64,000 bases of DNA from Paragordius varius. Its lineage: Eukaryota > Animalia > Nematomorpha. Under the pieces are notes generated by a model, which ran no database searches, had not been told where the DNA came from, and saw nothing but the letters and a program-made list of their open reading frames with translations. The position numbers and the translations under genes were made by a program. The DNA lies in assembly GCA_964247055.1 (NCBI GenBank), contig OZ176050.1:14508001-14572000 (forward strand). The letters run 5' to 3'. The stretch's first letter is position 1. Each line of letters opens with the position of its first letter. Shown here piece after piece: positions 48,372-62,300 of the stretch.

Positions 48372-49657
48372 CTAATGACCATTTGTCAAATTTTCAGTCT
48401 TATCAACTAATACTGTTGAAGGATTATTATTATTATTGATATCGTGATCAAGTAATTTAAGTAATTCCGACAATTTTTGAGCCTTTTTAATCTAAAAATA
48501 AAAAAATATAATAAAATTAATTAATTAAAATTTCAATATTTTATATATGATAACGTTGAGAGGGTGTCAAAATAAAGATGAAAATGAGTAATACACTAAA
48601 TTATTATAAAAAAATTATCAAAATTCAGGTTTAAAATGTAATTCATTTTTTAAATAATTTTTTTTAAGTTTATTTTTAAAATTTGCCTCAGTATGTTGGA
48701 TGGTTGCAAAAAGGTTTTCCGTTAAAGATTGTTTTTTCTCAGAAATATTGTGATATTCAGTTTTAGCTGTAATATATTCTTTTTCGGCTTTTTCATACCT
48801 TTGTCTAATATAAAACAAAAAATTGTAGTCAACACAATATCAGTTTAGTAAAATTTAAAAAAATAAAACATTTAAAGACACACAAAAAAATAGTTTTGAA
48901 TTTACATTACGCATTTTTTCGCAACCAAACGATAACTAAATTATGCAAGAAAATGCAGGGCATAAAAGATATTGGGTTATTATTGCAAAAAATATAGTCT
49001 TTTACGTCTTATGTCTTGTCTTTATAATTTATATATACAGTATTTTCCAAATTATAATTTAAGTTTATTACTGAGCTTTCAAATAAGTTAAGCTTAAATC
49101 TTCAATTTCATTTCGAAGAACAGATACGTCTGCCTGTAAACTTTTATCAATTTCAGTAAGTTGTCTTCGCAAATTTGTAAGTAATAATTGTTCCTCTTTA
49201 GTTTTTTGAGCCCTGAAAAAATGTAAAATAAATTTTAACCTTTCAGTAATGGCATTTAACAAAAGTTTTCGACGTTCCAGGTTTTGTTGTTCAATAACTT
49301 TGGTATATTGTTCAAAATCTTCCAATGATTCAAAACATCTATTATTGAGAAATAATTATAAATAAAACTTATTTTTGGCGTCCGGTTCTTGAATTGTGTT
49401 TTCTACGATTTCATTTTTAATTTCAGTTTTTTCAGAACTAATCTGATCATCTTTAACTTCCACTCCACTATCGTTATTGTTGTTAATTTTTTCGCTAATT
49501 GTTTCTGGTTTTTCAATTTTTTTGTCTCGAGGTTTAGACGTGGTTAAAACACGTCTTGCAATAGGTTCTATAATAAATATCTTAAATTTAAACTTTTTAT
49601 ATTTTGGATTTCATGTTCGGAGAAACCATTCCATTCGGTGGTTGTGGATGCAGGCAT
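48372..49657 (-). CDS. GORAB: RAB6-interacting golgin (GORAB/SCYL1BP1)
   Basis: Exons 49657-49594, 49567-49369, 49338-49240, 49212-49072, 48804-48687 and 48491-48372: WNGFSEHEIQNIK..ERRKLLLNAITERAQKT..ADVSVLRNEIE..RYEKAEKEYITAK..IKKAQKLSELL. Introns are 26, 30, 27, 267 and 195 (GC-AG) nt. Confidence 0.93.
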
Positions 49658-49784
49658 ATCCAATTATTATAAATGGGTAATTATTTGAAACTCTGTGGCA
49701 AAGTATTTAAGCATTCACTTACGCATGTGCTTAGGTCTTTAATCCCACGTCGAATTCTAATTCGTAGCTTTGTGCAAATAAATA

Positions 49785-52700
49785 ATGGCAAAATACATTT
49801 CGATTTCTCTTAATTTAATATTTTTTAGTCTATTTAAAATATCACTTGGCTTATTACCTGGCTTTTTCCCCGTTGATTATTGTGAATATGGGAAGGAAAC
49901 TGATAAATGTCAAGTAAAGAATTTTTTTAGATCATTTTTTTGAAACTAAATTTGCCTTTAATGTTTTATGTATATTTGTATAATTAGTCAGCTTTACCCA
50001 TGTATGTGAATGTTTTGGATTCCGAAAAAACTGTGTTACCATACGAATATAAACGGTATATATTGCTTTATACTTTATTTTTTTGAAAATAATTAAAATT
50101 CAAATATTTTTCTTAAACTTGAATTAATTTTTCCAATATGTAATATATGTGTTTTCATTTGATAACAATTTTATATTTCACAATAACACATGAATAAATC
50201 TTCGGGTACTAAAATATATTTGTGTCTTGCTTAAAATAACATTTATCATTAATATTTACGTTTTTTTATCTTTTACTGTAATTTATTTAGATTTGATTTT
50301 TGCCCGTCAGACTCCAGCAAAAAACGGCCAAGCGAAAATTTGGGCCAAATATTTATGGGAGATCGTATCAGACCTTCACCATATGAGGTTAGGTCTATTT
50401 TGAAATGTTTTTTAGGATTTTATTTACCTAATTTGAAATCTTGAAAAAAGTATTATAAATTACTATAAGATTCGTATTAACGTCGTGAATAATGAAAAAA
50501 ATTAAAAATAAATTTATTAAAGACTCAAATTTTCGCCCAATGGCATCATCAGGAGTTAAAAATAAAATAAAGTATTATTGTAAAAATTTAATAAAATAAT
50601 CAAATTTATATTAAACGATTTATTATATATTTTTATCATTTTTTTGTGGTGAAATTTAAATTTACCCTTTTTAAGGCACTCTGGGGTTTTATTAATTTTT
50701 TTTTATCAATAATTAGTTAACTCATTTTAATATCTCATTTTAATATTTTTACTACTTTTTTTCTAGAGTTTCCTAATTTTTTTATAATAATTTTATTGTT
50801 ATATACTTTTGCACTTTAATAAGAGTTTCTTTGAATACTTCAAGGTGATTTTTGAACTTTTTAAGTTGGTCATTTGACTTTTTAGATTTGTTTTTAACTT
50901 TTATCCATCAAATCGTAAATAATTCATATATTATTTTTAACCTATTCTCTTGATTTAACCTTAACCTGTAACTAATTTTAATCATCTAGAAACCGTATAT
51001 CTTTATTAATTATTTAAAATTATTTTGGATATTTTTTTAACACTTTTAACAAGTTTTCTGGGTTATTTACAATTTTTCATGGAGAGAGCATTTAAAAGTT
51101 AATAATCATGTTATATTGGAAAAAAATTAGTTTGAAACAAAAAAGTGGTTTTTGATTAAATTTTTATTTTAAAATATATAAAAATAAAGAAAATTGGTTC
51201 AAAAAATAATAAAATAATAAAATAGGAAACTTTTGATTAAATTAAAACTTAAAATTTAAGGACCAATTTGAACTGTTTAAGAACCAATTCGAATATTTAA
51301 GAACACTCTTATTTTTTTTAATTTTTATTTTCTTCTCGTTAGATTTTTATGTTAAAAAGCATTCCAGTCAAAACTGTGTGCACGAAAAATTATTCATCCG
51401 CCCGCCCGGATGATGTGGAAAAACTCAATTTTCTAAAGCGGGGAATAGCTGAACAATATCAACATCATTGGTTAATGATTTTTATTTTATTTTTTAAAAA
51501 TATATACCATTTATAGTTCAAATGCACCCTTGAACAATTTAAATTCATTCTCGAACAATTCAAAATAAAAACCATTTATAGTTCAAATTCAACCTTTAAC
51601 AATTTAAATTCATTGACCCTTGAACAATTCGAAATAAAAACCATTTACAGTGTAAATGTACCCTTGAACAATTCAAATTCACCCTTAAACTAGGCAAATT
51701 GACCCTTGAACAATTCAAATTCACCCTAAAAATATAATATTATACGTTTTTTAAGATAAAAAATTAGCTTTAATTTTTAATATTTTTAACATATGAAATT
51801 CTGTGTTTAAAATTAATATAATGCTGAAAAAAGAATAAAATATGTGGTAAAAATTTATTTTATATTAATTATGTGAGTTATATTAGTCGCTCGAAAACAC
51901 ATGTTTATTCTTAGGGTAAATTTGAATTGTTTAAGGGCATAAATTGGAATTGTTTAAGGGTTAATTTAAATTGTTTGAGGGCATAAATTTGAATTGTTTA
52001 AGGGTGAATTTGAATTGTTTGAGGGTTTTCTTAAAAACTTTAAAAATAATTTAAGTATTTTAACTCTAAATTGTAGGCTGAACATTTCACATTCAAAGTT
52101 AACTCTTTAACTTGTTGGTTTAATTTTTGTTTCAAATATTTTGAATCCTTTTAAATATAATCCATAAACAATTAAAATTTCCCCTCTTCTTTGAATTTGT
52201 TAATATTTTTTATTTATTTAACGCTTTAAAGACCAAGGAAAATAAAATAATTAATTAATTTATAATTTATAAACATTTAAAATGACAGTAAAAATTTAAA
52301 TTATATACGGGAACGTAAAAATATAAAGACAAATTTTTTTTTTAAAGGAGAACCCTATAATTTTTAGATCTTGATTTTTTTAGATTTATTTCATTGTATT
52401 AAACTATAAAGTATGAAAAAATAGATGTAAATTGATAATACAAGCAATTTATATAATTGTAATTAAATTATTTTAATACGATAAATTAAGACTTTGAAAA
52501 AGTATGGTTGTTTTTTACACAAAATAATGATTTGTCTCTATATTTTTACGTTTTGTCCCTGTATAATTTCAATTTTTACTGTATTTTATATTTAATTATT
52601 ATTTATGATGGGGTTTAATTAAAGAAAGTTATTATTAACGTTTCATAAAAGATAATGCTGATAGTTAAAAAGTTTGTATTTATAAAACATTTTATAATAT

Positions 52701-53021
52701 GAGATAAATCATCTGATTGGTATAATATATATATACACTAAAAATTGAATTTATATACGGACAAAACGTCAGATATGAAGACAAATTTTTGTATCCCTAA
52801 AAAACAACCATGCTTTTCAAATCTTTATACATATATATATATATTTAATTGCAAATTATAAAATTGATATATATATATTGAGTTAATAACACAATTAATT
52901 ATATATTTTACAATAATTAAATCATTTAAACAGGAAAAAATAAAGGTATGATTGTTGTCTTTTTTGAAAAAAAATTATTTTTACATTTTTGTCCGTATAA
53001 TTTCATTTTTTAGGTTATATA

Positions 53022-53056
<35 letters not shown>

Positions 53057-56000
53057 TATGCATTTTAATGTCTGTTAAGTAATTTTATTGCCTGCCAAAT
53101 AACATAAATGGTTTATCAAAAGCGTAAAATACTGACCCACGAAATTATTTCGTAGTACACATATGAAAGAAGATTGACGTGAGAATTAACATAGGCTTTA
53201 ATTTGATGGATATCTTGTAATGTTAAATTTTGGGAATATTATAGCAATTTATGTTAACATTTGTAATATTGTTGTTACGTATTTAGATGCGGAATTTTGT
53301 GGGTTTTTATCTTTGATAAATTAATAAATAGTAAAATACGTATTTTAAGATATTTTATGTTAATTATTCCTAAATTTAATAATAAATATTTTTCAACATG
53401 CTAAATACCTGTATTAATTAATCTTGGTATCATAATTTTATATAGTTGTTATTACTAATTAAAAAAACACAGGTAAATATATATTTGTGAAAATTTAAGT
53501 AGATTTTTGTCTTTTATGTTTTGCATTATTTTTATCAGGTAAAAATTGCGGTTTTTAATAAATTTCCTAAAAATTTAGTTTTTTTTGTTTTTTAGGTTTT
53601 GCATTGTTAATTGTAACTAACTACTGCATATTTTGGACATTATAATAATTACAAAATTTAGTAAAAAGTTAATTTTTTTGTTTTAGAGGATTTTCATTGT
53701 TAATTGTAATTAATTAATTTTGGACATTTCAATTAATAAAGGTAAAAAATGAGGTTGTTTTTATATTTAATAAAATTTAATATTTTCTTGTTTTTTTATT
53801 TAATATTGTTAATTGTAATTAACATATTTGGAAATTTTAATAAATACAGGTGAAAATGGCGGTTTTTAACAAATTTCAAATGTAACATTTTTTGTATCTT
53901 GTATCATTGTTATTTAATTAATTACTAAATATTTTGGACATTTAAAAAACTTGTGTAAATTGCGGTTTTTATTAAATTAGTGAATTTTATTTTTTGTTCA
54001 ACCTTGCTAATTTATTTATCACTATATATTTGTGATACATTGATATATACAGGTAAAAATTACTATGACTTGCGGTTTTTTGAATTTTTTAAAATATTTT
54101 TTTTACATTGATAACTTATATAATAAATATAGTTAACATATCTGAGTAGGTAAAAATGCATGTTACGGTTTTATGTTTGACATTTTATTTTCCATCAACT
54201 ATTTATATTTTAACAAACAACTTATGTCACCAAAGATTGAAAATAAGATCAAGATATATAAAACATCTTTTAAAGTATCTGAATATCATTAAATATAAAT
54301 AAATTTATTTAAATTATAAATGTATAATTATACAAAATATTCATATTATGTTTGAAATTAACATTCTTCTTATTGATATTAATACAGGTAATTTGTTTAT
54401 ATAATTGATGTACGATGCGGTGTGCGTTCATGATGATCATATGGATTGAAGAATAGTATAAGATGTAGATAATCCTGAAAATTATAATCACCATCATTTT
54501 TTAGGTAGATTCTATCACCTAAAATATAAGATAATTGATATATTAGAAAATTGATACCTGGAAATATTGGGGGAAACATTCATAGTTTGAAAGGAAACTC
54601 AAAAGGTTGACTTGGCTTTTTAACAACTAAATTTGCAAAAAAATATTTTCTTCATGATAAAAAATTCAAAAATGATACCTTATTTTACGTTTTCGTTTTA
54701 CCATCCTAAACTATAAATATAAAAAATTATTCTTCACCAAAGCAAACAATGTAAGTGTTGCCTGCTTTTGGAGTGCTGTTGCATTCCAAGCTTTTGAAAA
54801 AAATTATTTGTTTCTATTTTCTATTTGACGTCATTGGTATGGTGAAATCATATAAGCCTTTTCATATTTATAGTTTAGGATGCTAGAACGGAAAAAAACA
54901 TAAATCATTTTTGAATATTTTATCATGAAGAAAATATTTTTTTGCAAATTTAATTGTTAAAAAGCCAAGTCAACCTTTTGAGTTTCCTTTCAAACTATGA
55001 ATGTTTCCCCCAATATTTCCAGGTATCAATTTTCTAATATATCAATTATCTTATATTTTAGGTGATAGAATCTACCTAAAAATGATGGTGATTATAATTT
55101 TCAGGATTATCTACATCTTATACTATTCTTCAATCCATATGATCATCATGAACGCACACCGCATCGTACATCATTTATATAAACAAATTACCTGTATTAA
55201 TATCAATAAGAAGAATGTTAATTTCAAACATAATATGAATATTTTGTATAATTATACATTCATAATTTAAATAAATTTATTTATATTTGGCGATATTCAG
55301 ATACTTTAAAAGATGTTTTATATATCTTGATCTTATTTTCAATCTTTGGTGACATAAGTTGTTTGTTAAAATATAAATAGTTGATGGAAAATAAAATGTC
55401 AAACATAAAACCGTAACATGCATTTTTACCTACTCAGATATGTTAACTATATTTATTATATAAGTTATCAATGTAAAAAAAATATTTTAAATAATTCAAA
55501 AAACCGCAAGTCATAGTAATTTTTACCTGTATATATCAATGTATCACAAATATATAGTGATAAATAAATTAGCAAGGTTGAACAAAAAATAAAATTTACT
55601 AATTTAATAAAAACCGCAATTTACACAAGTTTTTTAAATGTCCAAAATATTTAGTAATTAATTAAATAACAATGATACAAGATACAAAAAATGTTACATT
55701 TGAAATTTGTTAAAAACCGCCATTTTCACCTGTATTTATTAAAATTTCCAAATATGTTAATTACAATTAACAATATTAAATAAAAAAACAAGAAAATATT
55801 AAATTTTATTAAATATAAAAACAACCTCATTTTTTACCTTTATTAATTGAAATGTCCAAAATTAATTAATTACAATTAACAATGAAAATCCTCTAAAACA
55901 AAAAAATTAACTTTTTACTAAATTTTGTAATTATTATAATGTCCAAAATATGCAGTAGTTAGTTACAATTAACAATGCAAAACCTAAAAAAAACAAAAAA

Positions 56001-59000
56001 AACTAAATTTTTACTGAATTTGTTAAAAACCGCAATTTTTACCTGTAATTATTATAATGTCCAAAATATGCAGTAGTTAGTTACAATTAACAATGCAAAA
56101 CCTAAAAAACAAAAAAAACTAAATTTTTAGGAAATTTATTAAAAACCGCAATTTTTACCTGATAAAAATAATGCAAAACATAAAAGACAAAAATCTACTT
56201 AAATTTTCACAAATATATATTTACCTGTGTTTTTTTAATTAGTAATAACAACTATATAAAATTATGATACCAAGATTAATTAATACAGGTATTTAGCATG
56301 TTGAAAAATATTTATTATTAAATTTAGGAATAATTAACATAAAATATCTTAAAATACGTATTTTACTATTTATTAATTTATCAAAGATAAAAACCCACAA
56401 AATTCCGCATCTAAATACGTAACAACAATATTACAAATGTTAACATAAATTGCTATAATATTCCCAAAATTTAACATTACAAGATATCCATCAAATTAAA
56501 GCCTATGTTAATTCTCACGTCAATCTTCTTTCATATGTGTACTACGAAATAATTTCGTGGGTCAGTATTTTACGCTTTTGATAAACCATTTATGTTATTT
56601 GGCAGGCAATAAAATTACTTAACAGACATTAAAATGCATACTGTATATATAATGATAGTTTTAGGAATTAATACTGTATAATATTAATTTTTATTATATA
56701 TATATATTAAAAAAAGATTTTTAAACATTTTTTTCGTATAATTTCAATTATAATATATTATCATATATAGGATTGTAGATAATTTACCCTTTCTGTGGTG
56801 CCACATGGAAAAAAATCTTGAAATGTGCCCACCCAATTTTCCAATCGGATTTTATACAGGGAACTTGGCTACCGATCGAGACGATATAGCCGAACGCTAT
56901 AATATTAATGTATGAGAGTTTTATTTTTATATAATTTATAAAATTGAAATTTTAGTATAGAGTAAAATAAAAACGTGTAAAAATATTTTTTAACATAATT
57001 AATAACATTTACAATATTTTATACAGTAAAAATTGAAATAAAAACGTGTAAAAATATAAAGACAAATATTTTTTTTAATAGCAAAGAAAACCCCATACCT
57101 TTTAAACCTTGATTTATCGCATTTTAAATATTTCTTAGTTACAATTGTAAAATATATATGATTGATTGTGTTATCAAATTACAACATGTGTTTGCCTACT
57201 TTGTTTAAATTCTAAATTATGTAGTTATATATGATACAAAATTAAGATTTACAGTAAAAACTAAACTAGACTAATCGTAAAAATATAAAGTCAAATATTT
57301 TTTTCTAAAAGACAACCAACCATACTTTTTAAATCTTGATATATTTCAATATAACGCATTGTTTTAAATGGCAAAATCTGAAAGAGATATATATTGCTAA
57401 CACAATCAATTTATTTTATAATTTTAACTAAATAGCTTATATGAGAGAAATTAAGGTTTCAAAAAGTATGGTTATCCCTTTAGAAAAAAAATAGATATTT
57501 ATATTTTTACATTTTGTTCGTAGTATAATTCAATTTTTATTAATTAGTTTTTTTCCTTTGATTTCAAAATATAATTTAGATGTGTAAATTTGCAATAAAT
57601 TCACTAGTTTCAATGAGTATATTTTCAATACATATATTAATTATATAATAATTTGTAGTAAAAAAATTTTAATTGTTAATTATGTTTTTTGGGAAATGAA
57701 ATGGAAGGGTTTTTTTAATTTTAATTATTATATATTTTTTTAGTAAAAATCAAACAATAATTTTTCAATAAATAGCCATTTACAGTTAAACAGTTCAAAT
57801 TTACCCTCGAACAATTCAAATAATATATGTGTTTTTTTTAAGATTAAAAATATCTAAAAAATTTTACATTCATAAAAAAGAAATTTCATTTAAAATTAAA
57901 ATGATACGCAAAAAATTATAAACTATGCCATAAGAATATATTTCTTATTAATGATGAGAGTTATATTAGCTGCCCGAAAACACATAATTTATTTTTAGGG
58001 TCAATTTGAATTGTTCAAGGGTGAATTTAAATTGTTTAAGGGTGAATTTGAATCGTTAAAGGGTTAAATTGTTCAAGAGTCAGTTTGAATTGTTCAAGGG
58101 TTAATTTGAATTGTTTAAGGGTTTATTTGAATTGTTCAAGGGTGAATTTGAATTGTAAATGGTATATCAATAATTTATACCTATGTATTTCAAATTAAAT
58201 CTCAATTTTATCTTTATATGTATATGCATATATATAGCCTGATAGCTTAAAACCCGACACCTATTACTTGTTCAATTATCACAAAATAATGATTTACTAT
58301 AATCCTACCCAGGATTCTCCACTTACTGGGAAACGCGGACGTATAATTAGTGCGAAAATTGTGCCTTTTAGGTATATTTTTTGCAATGAAAATAAAAAAT
58401 TATTTTTGTTAAAAATTTTTTAAGTAAAAATTAATTTTTTTGGATTTTTGATACTTTAAATCTTTAATATAAATATATAGATATATTATATTATAATAAT
58501 TCACCCTAATAAAACTCACCCAAAAAATAAATTATGTGTTTTCAGGCTAATGTAACTTATCATTAATATTAAATATTTCTTTTTTTCAGTATTAGGTTAA
58601 TTTTGAACGAAACATAGTTTTTTAAATGTATAAAAAAATGGAGGTAATTTTTAACTCTAAAAAACTGAAAATTTATTTTAGGGTGAATTTGAATTGTTCA
58701 AGGTTGAAAATGAATTGTTTAAGGGTGAATTTGAATTGTTTAAGGGTGAATTTGAATTGTTTAAGGGTGAATTTGAATTGTTTAAGGGTGAATTTGAATT
58801 GTTTAAGGGTGAATTTGAATTGTTTAAGGGTGAATTTGAATTGTTTAAGGGTGAATTTGAATTGTTTAAGGGTGAATTTGAATTGTTTAAGGGTGAATTT
58901 GAATTGTTTAAGGGTGAATTTGAATTAAGGGTGAAATTGAATTGTTCAAGGGTGAAATTGAATTAAGGGTGAATTTGAATTGTTTAAGGGTGAAATTGAA

Positions 59001-59328
59001 TTGTTTAAGGGTGAAATTGAATTGTTCAAGGGTGAATTTGAATTGTTTAAGGGTGAAATTGAATTGTTTAAGGATGAAATTGAATTGTAAAGGGTATATA
59101 TATATATATGAAACGCATTATTTTTTTTAGTTTCAAAAACCCCGAAGGATTGATTAAAAACAGTGATAGCCCGATTGAACCTATGATAATACCTGAACAT
59201 TTTACTGGTGAGCTTAGTATCCCTTACAGTTTTTCCGTATTCTTTGAGGTGAGATTTTACCTCAGCAATTTATTGTATATTAATAGATTTTTTTGCGTAG
59301 TTTAATGCTTTATTATTACATTAATTTA

Positions 59329-59371
<43 letters not shown>

Positions 59372-62300
59372 TTTCTGATTTAAATTTAATAAAAATAATA
59401 ATAAGGAGAAAAAAAAATTTTTTTATCCAAAAGCCAATTTAAATGTTGAAAGGTAGGTGGTGGCAACACATTTCATTTTTGGATTTGAAAAATATATCGG
59501 ATTAAAATTATTTTTTTATTCGATTTCAAACATACGACTGTAAAAAAATACCATTTAGTATAACAATTTTTTCTAATGTGTTTTCAATGCCTAAATTCGC
59601 ATATTTTACAATTTTTACTACGCTTTTTTTTGCTTGAAAATTTTTGGGTAGGTTTAAAGAGTTTTTTCTTTTTTTTAAACAAAAAGTTGAGTGTGTTTGA
59701 TTTGATTGTATATATATGAAAATAATTTAACCATATATATATATATATATTATAGGCTAACGATAAAATTAAATGGTCATCACGGTGGGATTATGTAATG
59801 TACACTATGCCGCAAGCTAACATACAATGGTTTAGGTATGTGTGAATTATAAAAATAATTATTTTGAAATATTTTTTGATATATTAAGGGAAAATTTTTA
59901 TTATTAAAGTTTAATTAATTGAGTTTTAAGGATTTTTTGATTCTTAAAAACGACAGGTAATATATTATATGGAACAGATTGAAAATTTGGGTTAACTTTA
60001 AAAAATATAATGTTTTATATTTTAATTTTTACAGGTATAAATTGGTATATATATATATTGACAAAGTGTTAAAATTTACGGACAAATATGACTTTTTGTT
60101 AATAATGATACAGTAAAAATTGGTATTATACGGACAAAACGTGACAATATAAAGGCACAAAGATATTTTTTTCCAAAAGACAACAGTTATACATTTAAAT
60201 CATGATTTTTTCAATAAAACTTATTTTTTAAAATGGCAAAGTTTGAAATATATATATATATACTAACACAATCAATCTTATATTTTATAAGAAAATGTAA
60301 TTGAATAGCCTATGTAGTAAATCTTATTTACGGTTTAATAAAGTGTGGTTTTTTTTTTGACAAAAAAATATTTGTCTTTATATTTTTACCTTTTTTTCAT
60401 CCGTAAAATTTCAATTTTCTTTGAATTATTTTGGTTTATTAAAAAAAGCTGAAATGCGTACAAATATAAAAATATATATTTTAAATCATAAATATAATGC
60501 GTAATTCTCTCAATTTAAATATTTTTATTGTATTACAATTTTATGCATTTATTTTTTTCCTTAAATTATTTTTATACATATAAAAGCATTATGAATGCCC
60601 TGGTGATAATTTTATTTTTAACGGGTATGGTTGGTATGATCCTTTTACGAACACTGAGACGTGATATAGCCCGATATAATCAAATTGATGCCGTAAGTTT
60701 TTAAGTTTTAAGTCCAAAAAAAGTATAAATAAAAAAATTTAAAAGTTTTTTTTTCAAAAAAAGATATTTGTAAACTAAATTATTGGGTATGTTGAATTTC
60801 AAATATGGCATTTTAGGCATGTGGTAACTGTAACTGTATTTTCAGCTTTAATTTATCGTTGATCATACTGTATGTATTAAATCATCAATTAATTATGCAT
60901 TTTTAACAATTTTTATTATAAAGAAGCGAAAATTTTAAATACAGTATGCATTTTAATGGTTACTTATTTCACAATCACAGTAGTGTATTGAAAAAACGAT
61001 AAAATGTTGAATAAACATTGATTTCTTTTCATCTTTTCCATACACTACTGTCCTGTGTTGTAAATTGCCCTTTTACTACAAAAAATTTTAATAAAAAAAT
61101 AAAAAATTAAAATTAAATAATTTAAAATATTTTACATACAGTATTTAACTTTTTTTTTACTAAAACTTTAAGTTTGTATATATTTTTCAAAATTTTAATA
61201 ATAAATATAAAAAAATTAAAAAATTAATAAAAAATTAAAATTAAATAATTTAAAATATTACATACAGTATTTAAATTTTTTTTAACTCAAACTTTAAGTT
61301 TATGTATGTATTTTTCAAAATTTTAATAATAAAATTAAATAATTTAAAAAATTAATAAAAAATTAAAATTAAATAATTTAAAATATTACATACAGTATTT
61401 AACTTTTTTTTATTCAAACTTAAAGTTTGTATATATTTTTCAAAATTTTAATAAAAAATTTAAAAAATTAAAAAATTAAAATTAAATAACCATTAAAATA
61501 CATACTGTATTTAACTTTTTTAACTCAAACTTTAAGTTTGTTTATATATTATTTAGGAAGATATACAAGAAGAAATTTAAAAAATTACATAAAAAAATTA
61601 AAATTAAATAATTTAAAATATTACATACAGTATTTAACTTTTTTTTTACTAAAACTTAAAGTTTGTATATATTTTTCAAAATTTTAATAATAAAATTAAA
61701 TAATTTAAAATATTTTACATACAGTATTTAACTTTTTTTTACTCAAACTTTAAGTTTGTATATATAATTCAAAATTTAATAAATTTAAAAAAATTAAAAA
61801 ATTAATTAAAATTAAATAATTTAAAATATTACATACAGTATTTAGCTTTTTTTACTCAAATTTTAAGTTTGTGTATGTATTTCTCAAAATTTTAATAATA
61901 ATTTTAAAAAATTAATAAAAAATTAATAAAAAAATTAAAATTAAATAATTTAAAATATTACATACAGCATTTAACTTTTTTTTTACTAAAACTTTAAGTT
62001 TGTATATATAATTCAAAATTTTAATAATAAATTTAAAATATCACATAAAAAATTAAAATTAAATAATTTAAAATATTACATACAGTATTTAGCATTTTTT
62101 TTTTACTCAAACTTTAAGTTTATGTATGTATTTTTCAAAATTTTAATAATAATTTTAAAAAATTAATAAAAAATTAATAAAAAAAATTAAAATTAAATAA
62201 TTTAAAATATTACATACAGTATTTAACTTTTTTTTTATTCAAACTTTAAGTTTGTATATATTTTTCAAAATTTTAATAATAAATTTAAAAAATTTAAAAT

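Noticed and set aside
54397-55270. ORFs inside both foldback arms
   Set aside because: They differ by a frameshift between arms and have no recognisable homology; a captured exon cannot be supported.
58626-59200. Repetitive ORFs (LNCLRVN / FKGEFEL repeats) and a CRISPR-like look
   Set aside because: They are translations of the 21-bp MITE array; there are no unique spacers, no cas genes, and the context is a eukaryotic intron.
60555-60586. TTCCTTAAAT near a TM9SF2 acceptor resembling a U12 branch site
   Set aside because: The matching donor is GTATGT, not GTATCCTT; treated as an ordinary U2 intron. The same applies to donor GTATCTTT at 21861, which lacks a branch motif.
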